Shown in pieces: positions 23,901-34,300 of a DNA stretch of 47,342 bases. The notes under the pieces were generated by a model. The model did not search any database. It saw nothing but the letters and a program-made list of their open reading frames with translations, and was not told the DNA's origin. The stretch spans positions 1 to 47,342 of the forward strand of contig NIVC01004395.1 in NCBI GenBank assembly GCA_002269645.1, written 5' to 3'. The position numbers and the translations under genes were made by a program. Numbering within the stretch: the stretch's first letter is position 1; each line of letters starts with the position of its first letter. The DNA is from Macrostomum lignano. Its lineage: Eukaryota.

Positions 23901-26900
23901 ACCCCACAGTCCCATCACCACCTAGTCCCATCACCCCACAGTCCCATCACCCCACAATCCCATCACCCCACAGTCCCATCACCCCACAGTCCCATCACCA
24001 CCTAGTCCCATCACCCCACAGTCCCATCACCACACAGTCCCATCACCCCACAGTCCCATCACCCACAGTCCCATCACCACACAGTCCCATCACCCCACAG
24101 TCCCATCACCCCACAGTCCCATCACCACACAGTCCCATCACCCCACAGTCCCATCACCACCTAGTCCCATCACCCCACAGTCCCATCACCCCACAGTCCC
24201 ATCACCCCGTAGTCCCATCACCCCACAGTCTCATCACCCCACAGTCCCATCACCCACAGTCCCATCACCACACAGTCCTATCACCCCGTAGTCCCATCAC
24301 CCCATAGTCACATCACCCTACAGTCCCATCACCCCGTAGTCCCATCACCCCACAGTCCCATCACCCCACAGTCCCATCACCTCACAGTCTCATCACCCCA
24401 CAGTCCCATTACCCCGTAGTCCCATCACCCCACAGTCCCATCACCCCGTAGTCCCATCACCCCACAGTCCCATCACCCCACAGTCCCATCACCCCACAGT
24501 CCCATCACCACCTAGTCCCATCACCCCACAGTCCCATCACCACACAGTCCCATCACCCCACAGTCCCATCACCCCACAGTCCCATCATCCCATCCCCCAC
24601 AGTCCCATCACCACAGTCCCATCACCCCACAGTCCCATCACCCCACAGTCCCATCACCACACAGTCCCATCACCCCACAGTCCCATCACCCCACAGTCCC
24701 ATCACCCCGTAGTCCCATCACCCCACAGTCCCATCACCCCACAGTCATCACCACACAGTCCCACAGTCCCATCACCCCATCACAGTCCCATCACCCCGTC
24801 CCATCACCCCACAGTCCCATCACCCCACAGTCCCATCACCCTCTCACAGTCCCATCACCACACAGTCCCATCCCCCGTAGTCAGTCCCATCACCCCAGTC
24901 CCAGTCCCATCACCCCATCACCCGTCCCATCACCCTACAGTCCCATTACCCCGTAGTCCCATCACCCCACAGTCCCATCACCCCGTAGTCCCATCACCCC
25001 ATAGTCCCATCACCCGTTTATACCATCATCCCCCAGTCCCATCACCCGTTTATACCATCATCCCCCAGTCCCATCCCCTACGCACCAAAGCATCCTAATT
25101 CCACAAATCCCCTTGCCTAGCAACAAAGAGACATTGCCTGTTATTTCGCATCCTAGGCGTCACCACGGCCCAGGCTATCGATGTTGACGTTGACAACCGT
25201 GATTTACGCGTCACCAGTCAGCAGTCTTCAGCCGCTTACAACCTGCAGCTCCGCTTGCCCTACCCTGTAACCGAGGACAATGGATCGGCAAAATTCGATC
25301 GCAAATCTCATCGGCTTACTCTAATCCTGCCGTGTATTGCTCAACAGAGACCAGTTGAGCTGTCTGTTTCGTCCGCTGTTGCTATGCCAGACCCGGCTCC
25401 GCTTATTGAAGAGCTTCCAGACTCCTCCGAGACCGCTTCGTCTGTTGATGCTAAACCTACCGATGCTACCAATACTACTGAGAATGCTACTGATAGTAGT
25501 AGTACTAGTATGAAAGAAGAATTTCGAGTTGGTCAATTGCTACCTAGCACGGCTATTCGCTGTAGTCAGACTGACAGTCATCTGACAATGCTGATTGACG
25601 TGAAGAATGTTGATCCGGAGTCTATTAAAGAGGCCGAGGTGTCAAGCGGCGGCTGCTGTTGGGCAGTCAGCTTTGCCAGCGTCGGTTCCGGAGGCTGGCG
25701 TAGCGACTACAGCCTGGCTGTGATGCGATCGGATTTCACTGTGGACTTTGTGCAGGTACAGGAGAATGTTAACCTGTGTGTAGTATGTTGTCTTCTTTAT
25801 CCTTAATTCTAATTGGATCTCGAATCTCTGTCTTGATCCTCCTAATCTAATATTCTTATCCATATGTACCTGGGATGTAATGCAACATACTGTATGTACT
25901 GTAATGCACTGTAATGTGCTGCTTGTACTGTAATTTACTGTGATGTATTGCTATGTACTGTAATTTACTGTAATGTATTGTTAAGTACTATGATTTATTG
26001 TGATGTATTTTTATGTAATGTAATTTACTACAATGTATTGCTATGTACTGTAATGTATTTTTTGTACTGAAAAGTATTGTAACTATACTTTAATCTACTG
26101 TATATTCTATAATGTACAGTATGTACTTTAATGTACTGTTTTCAGTTGTGTTAATTTTCTTTATGAATATTTTAATCTAAGCCTAATCATATTATAAATA
26201 AATCATCATTCTTAACAGGCCAATCAAGACAATATTGTTGTCAGATTTGTTAAGACTCGCAAAGACCAATGGCTCGATCAGCTGATCCTGCAGGCCAAAC
26301 CATCACCCACATCGGCCAGCGATGAGTCAATTGCTAAAACAGTTATTCAACTGCCAAATATGAATAAGAGCTTAGCTGGCTGTCTGGCTCAGTACTCTGC
26401 TGCGCCATCTGCAGCTTCTGCTGCATCAACATCGGCTGCTCCATCATCTCTTGTGGTCACCGAACTGAGCGGAGACCGACTCACAGTCAGGCTAGACGGT
26501 GTTGGCGAAGATGTTCGAGACAAACCGGTGGCAGTGACTGCCCAGCAACAGGCGCCTCCGCCTGTTCAGCAGCAGAAGCAACAGCAAGATCAGCAGTCTC
26601 AATCTCGTGTGCAAGGAATTCTCAAGATTACAAGAAGTCCATCCTTGTCTTCGTCTGACGATTTGTCCAGCTCTTTGTCTAGCAGTCAGGGTCAGCAGCA
26701 GCAGAATGTGTTGCTCAATAGATCTGTGTCTTTCTCAAGTCACGTGGAGTCGGCTAATTACAGGTATGTGCTAGTTATAAGGGGGCCGTAGCCCAGCGGT
26801 AGCGCAGCTGCTCTGGTGTGCCAGCGACCCAGGCTCGATTCCAAGTGCAGTCACATTAATTTGGGGCTAAATTGGAATCTCGGCTTGGCTCTGCTCGTGC

Positions 26901-27788
26901 AATTAACGGCCTTGAGAGCCAACCCCCCAAGGCGCAGTGAAGTGTACATTCCTAACGATAAATAAAGTTAGGGCCGCTGTACACTCCTGTGTGAGTGTGT
27001 GCCTGCGACGTATCCGCGCGCTTGTGTGCCTGCTCAGGGGAGTCGGCGGAATGGGCAGTAATGCCTCTCGCCGGTTGTGTGCCTATGTCGCTTAAAGTGC
27101 GCCAGGGTGCACACAACCCCCCTGCCTCTAATCTAATAAAAATGTGCTAGTTATGTGTCTGTAGATTAGCAATCCATCCAACTCAATAGCTACGTGTCTA
27201 TTTAGAGTCTTAGAACTGTTGAGTCAAACAGATTCCCATCTCACCGCTTCCCTATTCTCCCACTACAGCACAACGGCCACCATCAGCGCTTTTCATCAGA
27301 CGTTGCGCAATCGCAAGAAGCGCCAAAAACAGCGCGAAACTCGTCGACGTCGGCACAACAGCGACACTACGGCGCCTACGATTGTGGAACCTTCGTCTGC
27401 TTCCGGTTCTGGTTCCGGTTCTGCTTCCGGTTCTGGTTCCGGTTCCGGTTCTACTTCCGGTTGGCGCGTTGCTCGGGTCCGACGAAGCTCTGAAGGCTGC
27501 TACGCTAATGACGATGAATTTTATAACGACGGCGACGAAAACGGCGAAGACTTCAGAATTGTCGACGACAATGATGAAGCTGAGGAGGCTGAGACTGTTG
27601 CCGCGGCCGCCGCTGTTGTCGCTTCCGCCGCCGCGTCTCCCCTGTCGCCGCCGCCGCCGGCACAGCCGTCTCAGAAGCCGCCCGCGGCCAAAGCGACGCC
27701 TAAAGCTGTCGGTCAGTCGTCGACAGTCTCTGTCGGTAGCGCTTCTCAGCTGACTAGTAGCGTCATCTTTGAGCTGGACGACGATTGA
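20988..27788 (+). CDS. DNAAF2: Protein kintoun / dynein axonemal assembly factor 2 (PIH1 + CS domains); exons 20988-21278, 21618-21929, 22846-23209, 25157-25755, 26219-26763, 27269-27788; about 876 aa
   Basis: AFKKEEFRKLFQEYVEELQNPEQRALYEKEI, FIHPTPGHVLK, FINICTNDKI, WSIPHSFAPPRED, LPYPVTEDNGSAKFDRKSHRLTLILP and C-terminal SSVIFELDDD match kintoun. GT-AG introns have consistent phases (0,0,1,0,2). Confidence 0.93.
22375..22820. repeat. 22-bp minisatellite, about 20 copies, in kintoun intron 2
   Basis: Unit acacacttcagcagatacttaa, with the variant acacaccaacacagatacttaa. Confidence 0.95.
23255..25075. repeat. 16-bp minisatellite, roughly 110 copies with a ~541-bp higher-order duplication, in kintoun intron 3
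   Basis: Unit cccatcaccccacagt. The order of variants starting at 23341 recurs at 23882. Confidence 0.95.
25880..26120. repeat. Degenerate tactgtaatgta-type low-complexity repeat in kintoun intron 4
   Basis: Repeated tactgtaat(g/t)ta motifs. Confidence 0.75.
26779..27141 (+). mobile_element. Full-length tRNA-derived SINE in kintoun intron 5
   Basis: tRNA-like head GGGGCCGTAGCCCAGCGG (A box)...GGCTCGATTCC (B box). Tail ctaatctaataaaa. 13-bp TSD atgtgctagttat at 26766-26778 and 27142-27154. Confidence 0.9.
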
Positions 27789-27824
27789 ATCGGGTTGGTG
27801 GGCTGGTCTGGAGGAATAAGCGAA

Positions 27825-28290
27825 TGGATTGCTAATCTATCTTATCTGGTATGATAAGTAGGAATTTAATGGATTGCTAATCTATCCAATTAGCTATCAT
27901 AGGTAGTAATAGAATGGATTGCTAATCTATCCAATTAACTATCAAAAGTAGTAATAGAATGGATTGCTAATCTATCCAATTAACTATCATAAGTAGTAAT
28001 AGAATGGATTGCTAATCTATCCAATTAGCTATCATAGGTAGTAATATAATGGATTGCTAATCTATCTAAATAGCTATCATAAGTAGTTATAGAATGGATT
28101 GCTAATCTATCCAAATAGCTATCATAAGTAGTTATAGAATGGATTGCTAATCTATCCAATTAACTATCATAGGTAGTAATAGAATGGATTGCTAATCTAT
28201 CCAATTAGCTATCATAGGTAGGAAGAGAATGGATTGCTAATCTATCCAATTAACTATCATAGGTAGAAATAGAATGGATTGCTAATCTAA
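27825..28290. repeat. 45-bp minisatellite, about 10 copies, just 3' of the kintoun stop
   Basis: Unit aatggattgctaatctatccaattagctatcataggtagtaatag. Confidence 0.95.
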
Positions 28291-28708
28291 CCAAATGACC
28301 AAGACAATAAATGATATGAAAACATTGACTGTCTGTTTGATTCAGGAAAAAACATTGCCATACTGACGACTGAGTTTTGCAACAAAAAAATAGCTTTTGG
28401 CTTTTGGGTTTCCTGTGGCCTGTAAATAACTCCTGTCGAATTTATTTGTCCAATATTCTACTTGTTATTTGTCATTTAATTTTTTGGTATTTAAGCTAAA
28501 ATATTGGCTAAAGTTTGGCTGCTTTAATAAAGAATTTTTTCTCCTGAATCCGCAGTAGTTTTTGCAGTTCTTTATGCCTTTCTTTCTAATAGACTTCTTA
28601 TTTTGGTGAGAGGCGGATATGTTCTCTGTAGTTTCATAAAGTACAAATTATTCTAAATAAAGTACACCTAATTCGAAAAAGCACATTAGCTTTTAGTTAG
28701 TGATATTT

Positions 28709-28834
28709 GGGTTGTCCAAAAAGTAGTTATCAGTGTTTTAATCATAAATTTACTTCCAAAAACATACAAAGGGCTTCAATATCAAAAATAAGCTTTAGCA
28801 GCTCAAATTTTGTGGACGACTTTTTGGACACCCT
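28709..28834. mobile_element. Small degenerate Tc1/mariner-type MITE
   Basis: Inverted termini gggttgtccaaaaagt / actttttggacaccct; TA TSD not preserved. Confidence 0.4.
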
Positions 28835-29369
28835 CCTCGTGTTAGTTGAGTAATTTTATACCATTTGTGTCTAACTTTAAATTTTATTCACCCGTTTAAA
28901 TGACCATAATTTTAGGGCGGGGGGGTTATAAAAACTAGGAGAGGTTTTTTTAAAGAACTAAAAATTAGCCATGTAAAATTTTTGTTTCCAACTTTCCTTG
29001 CACTGCCTAAAAACCCCGTAAGAGTTAAAGTTAATCCATTCAGACTGACACGGTTATTCTTGTTTTTTTACATATTATTTTTCAACACTTTGCTACTTTG
29101 TAATACACTACTGAAAGTAAAACTATAAGTTTATAGATTTAGTAATTTAATCAAATTGGTTGAGAAGTTCTTGAAATTGGACTATTCAAATCTGACCATT
29201 TTATTTCCAACTACTCTGCACGCTTGTACGAACGAACTGTTTGAAAGTTAAATTGAACGAATGAATGAAATAAAAAATCAAATTAAATATCTTCATGAGA
29301 TTTGTGCCTAATTTGTGTCTATTCGTAGTTTGAAGCTAAAATCAGCTTGCACTTAGTGAAACTTGCTCT

Positions 29370-30250
29370 ATTATTCTAGTGTGACTTCCTATGAGCTCAA
29401 AGAGGCCGCAGATGAACCGATGGAATAGCAAAGCCTCTTGATCATCTTTGTTGTCCACGGAAGACCTTTTGAGCATCTTCTTTAACTCGTACGAGTATTT
29501 AACCAAAAAATTTCCTTGCTTTGAACGCGTCCATGACGGTGAAGTGCTCGCGGTTCGGATATAATGGATCCACTTATCTAAATTTAATCCCCTGGTGCTA
29601 AAGCCCTGGTGGTGCTAAAGCCCCTGGTGCTAAAGCCCTGGTGGTGCTAAAGCCCTGGTGGTGCTAAAGCCCTGGTGGTGCTAAATCCCCTGGTGCTAAA
29701 TCCCTGGTGGTGCTAAAGCCCTTGTGGTGCTGAATCCCCTGGTGCTAAAGCTCTGATGGTGCTAAAGCCCTGGTGGTGCTAAGGCCCTGGTGGTGCTAAA
29801 TCCCCTGGTGCTAAAGCCCTCTGTGCTAAAGCCCTTGTGGTGCTAAAGCCCTGTTGCTAAGCCCCTGGTGCTAAAGCCGCTAATATTCCCACTTATGACG
29901 CCCCCTCTATAACGCCGCTAATCCCACTAACGATGGCCTTCAAAAAACACGGCCAAGCTGAAATACGCACTACAGGTGACACTCCTATAAATCTGTTGCC
30001 ATGTTTCCGACCGGCACATTCATAATTATTTCCATCAATGTCATCGCCACCGAAGCCGTAGCATTAAATGCCTGACCTCGTTGACCTGTCTGCTTGCGAG
30101 TATAAGCATCAGTTACTAACCATACGTGTCTACAAACAAAAATACAAATATACGTTAGCGTGCACGAAAACTCGATCAAATATTCGTCCACAGCGCCTTC
30201 ACAGCCGTTTCTTTCTAAGAGTATAATAAACTTCTACACCAAGGGGTCCG
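29370..30250 (-). mobile_element. Degenerate Ty3/Gypsy-like LTR retrotransposon remnant (gag fragment plus PBS-like motif)
   Basis: Frameshifted gag-like peptide TVMDAFKAR../VKYSYELKKMLKRSS..EALLFHRFICGL at about 29380-29570. TGGTGTAGAAGT at 30241-30230 resembles a tRNA-Leu PBS (TGGTGTCAGAAGT). No pol; LTRs not resolved. Confidence 0.45.
29590..29880. repeat. 14/17-bp minisatellite
   Basis: Unit ccctggt(ggt)gctaaag. Confidence 0.9.
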
Positions 30251-31366
30251 CAGTTTTTTTACATCATTGCCAGATATAGACAACCCAGCTCATGGCTGCG
30301 ACCCAGATGAAAGTGGACAGGAGATTGGGATAGAAGATGAGAGAAGATAAGAGAAGGAGAGAGAAGAAGGGGAGAATTTAGATGAAGAGGTGAGAAGAGA
30401 CATACGTATTGAACGGGCCGAATTGCCATTGTGAAGTTCTTATAGGACGGTAGGGCCACGGATAGAGAAGCTTCGCGGGCCGAAGTTTCCTGACCCCTGT
30501 TCCACACTGGCTTGGAAGAGGAAATTGCCTTACGGAAAAAAAGAAACTCTCGTGTAAAAGCGGCGTCATTTTATAGCTGTTAGATCAAACAAAATATGGT
30601 GTCCTCGCAAAAAAATCTTGAATATTACAAAAACATATGGTGCGATAGTTCGATATATAATGCTTGGAAATATTCACTAATAATTTCTACACGCAAGACA
30701 TGACAGCAGTTTAAAACTATATATACTACTTTAAATAGTAAAGTCCATGGCTTAAAATACGACATTTCAAACAAAAAATACGTTCTTAGAAAAGGTTAGC
30801 AGCGATACTCACAAAACCTACACAGAACGTTTTCTTTCATATTATCTTAGCGATCAGTTGAGACGAAGATTATAAGATGAAATAAAATTTGTTATTTGTT
30901 ATTAGTGATTTTAAATATTTCGTAGAATGAAAAATGAAAAATTCGGGAAGTAAAATATAATCACAATTGAATTCGAAGTTCTAAATAAGCACGAAAAAAA
31001 AATTATACGAGGTATGCATCGAAGCAGTGTGTAGAGTTAAATCCTTATGGAAGTCACAAAACCGCTTAACTTCTTATGCTTTTTTGTTTTTTATCGGTTT
31101 CTATCTTTTCAATTGTTTCAATAAATTTTTATCATTCCTGCTGAAACAAAAAGTAATTTAAAACGTCTCTATTTTCATTCCTACCAAATGTTTTTAAAAT
31201 AGTCAATTTTTGTTCATTTATACTTCTGATCTTATACTTTCGAGATTTCAGCTGCAATAAGAGATTCGGCAGTTCCAATTAAATTTCCGTTACAAAATGT
31301 TTGGAGAAAATATCTGCCTCAGATAACCAACAGTTTGTACTCAGCTCGATTCCCAACGGTCATCTG

Positions 31367-34300
31367 CTACGACCTACATGCCCGCTTGCCAGTACGTCTG
31401 GCTTCTGGTCCCTGCTGCCTCCTCTGTTGTTGGTGAGCACTGCTCACTCTTGGTACCAGGTGCCTCTGTTGTTGGTGAGCACTGCTCACCCCTGCAGTTC
31501 TCTGCTGGCTCTGTTGTTGGTCAGCACGTCTCACTCTTGCAGTTCCCTGCTTGCTCTGTTGTTGGTCAGCACTGCTCACTCCTGCAGTTCTCTGCTGGCT
31601 CTGTTGTTGGTCAGCACGTCTCACTCCTGCAGTTCTCTGCTGGCTCTGTTGTTGGTCAGCACTGCTCACTCCTGCAGTTCTCTGCTGGCTCTGTTGTTGG
31701 TGAGCACTGCTCACTCCTGCAGTTCTCTGCTGGCTCTGTTGTTGGTGAGCACTGCTCACCCCTGCAGTTCTCTGCTGGCTCTGTTGTTGGTCAGCACGTC
31801 TCACTCCTGCAGTTCTCTGCTGGCTCTGTTGTTGGTCAGCACTGCTCACTCCTGCAGTTCTCTGCTGGCTCTGTTGTTGGTGAGCACTGCTCACCCCTGC
31901 AGTTCTCTGCTGGCTCTGTTGTTGGTCAGCACGTCTCACTCCTGCAGTTCCCTGCTGGCTCTGTTGTTGGTCAGCACGTCTCACTCCTGTTACCAGCTGT
32001 CTCTGCTGTTGGTTAGCACGTCTCACTCCTGTTACCTGCCGCCTCTGCTGTGAGTGTTCCAACTCTAAAATTCTAAGATTCTGAGAGTGCTCAAAGTCAT
32101 TCAACTTGCGCTGTAATCGCGCCAGATCGTCGCTGATCTCAGAGCTTGCCTGTGTGATGTTGTTCTCGAAGTGTGCTTTCAGCTTTTCGAAGTCCGTTCG
32201 ATGTTTTTCCAATTCTTTAGACAGCCTCGGGCGAAGTTTACGCAGTTGTTGAGCTTGGTAACGCAGGTAAAGGAGGTATGAATTGTGATATTTTTTTCCC
32301 ATGTATTCCTTAACCTGCAAGGCAAGAGAAGAAAACTAATAGCAGTAAAGTGGGAGCTGAAATTGAAATTGTATTTAATTTTATGAAAAAACCATCAAAT
32401 CCACTCAAACCCAGGTCAAGCTCAATCAAATCAAACTTACGTCTCGTTTGTCGTCTGGATCAATCGAGGCACTTCTTCCGAAGCAGCACCGACACAGTTC
32501 CGCTCGTCTCTGATACGCTCGAATCAGCTCAAAATAGCCTTGTCTCCAGATCCCGGTTGCCTTGCTGTGAAGTGTGCTCACCCGGAGACTAAACAGAGCG
32601 ATAAGAAGGTTCACCATCACAATGTTCACCAGCAGGAGGAAGACAAACATCGTGAGATTGCGAAACCAGGACAGTCCGATAGCGTTTGTCACAAAACCGA
32701 CTTCCTGGGGTAAGTCAATTCTAGGAGTGTCGAACTCGAAGCGATCGTAGTTGGTAAAAAGCAGGTCAAACGGCATGGTAAAAATCTGCAGCATGACTCG
32801 CCACCAGTAAAACGGTTTCTGAGTTTCGGTCGAGTTCGTAGTGATTGACGGGAACAGCAAATTGAAAAAGAACACTCCGAAAGACAGGAAAACAATGGCA
32901 ATGATAGCTAAGAAGGGTAGCAAATCTTTGACGATTAAATTCATCAGTATGACGATGACGTGCCCGATCCTTTTATACAAGCTTAGAAAGGCAACAGACC
33001 GAAATCCAAAAAAGAGAAACGACGTGCTGAGAACAGACTGGCACGCGTAGGCAGTGTCGTCATCAGGCTTTCCGAAGATGACCCATTTCCAGACAATGCC
33101 GAGCCACAGAAGCAGCAGTGCTATGAAGTCGAACACGTTGTAGACATTCCTCCAGTGCATCGAGCACTTGCTCATTCTGCTGTTGCAACAGCAGATTCTT
33201 CTTAGCGGAAGCGAGAATAATTTGAACAATTCGAGCACGACAAACAGCAGCGCGAATGCTGTCAAAGCTATGTCACTACCCAACCAATCGAATGTACTCC
33301 TAAAGTCGGTTATGAACCAGGCAAAGTAAAACATGAATACTACGTAGATAGCTACGCTAAGTACAAAGTGAATCTTTGGACTTCCACAGATCTTTGAGTT
33401 TTTCCACTCTTCTTCAGCCAGCTTGTAGATGCAGTCCGTAGCGTACAGATCCTCGCATTCAGCAATTTCCACCAGTTCTAAAATAGTGTGCCGCTGAGTC
33501 TGCTGTGACTCGTCGCCGCAGCATGCGAGCGCTCTGCTGCTTTCATCGTCGGCAATGCTAAACTTTGGTCCTCCGACGTCACCTCTATGTAATTGAATAA
33601 AAGCTGCCTCTCTTCACCGTCGCATTCAAGTATAGTTCGTCAAGAGTGTTTACAGCAATGCTGACGACTTTGCTCTTGAGGCGCTTTAGCTGGTCATGGC
33701 TCTCATCAGTTTTGGCCTTTTTTTCTTTCAGCTGAATGATCAGCAGAATGCAGCTGGGAATCAGCTCGAATTGCCTTGTCAGAATGAGGTCGGGAAGAAG
33801 ATCGAGCTTGTCGCGTCTAAGCGCAAGGTCAACTATTCGCATCTCTTCTTCGTTTTCCTCAATGCATTTATCGCCAGGATGCTTCTTTACCCAATACCGA
33901 ATGAACTTTGTTTTAGTATCTGAACTTACTGGGTCCAGCTTAAGTGCACTTCGAAGCGCCATTGTCGAGCCGTCCTTCCAGACAGCCTCGAATACGGAGA
34001 CTTCAATCGAAGGCTTGCTTGCTACGTCAGTCGAAGGGTTGGCCTGGCCTGTCTGTGCTTTTTTTTAAATTGTGACTGGCCTCGTTCTACGTCATCTATC
34101 ACCGGTTGATCGACAATCTTACTAATGTGCTGCATGGCGGCGACTCGGTCAGGTAGTTTCAAGGCTGCTTGAGCCGGATCCAGAAGGCGGAGAAATTTAA
34201 TTGGCGGTTCCTGACCTTCCTGATTCTTCAACTTCGTTTCCACCACCTCCACCAGCCTTTTAAGCTGGTCAGCGTTGCGAGCATAATCTACGCAAGTGTG

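Noticed and set aside
26781-26855. Possible tRNA gene
   Set aside because: A and B boxes are present but the acceptor stem does not pair. The sequence continues into a SINE body flanked by a TSD.
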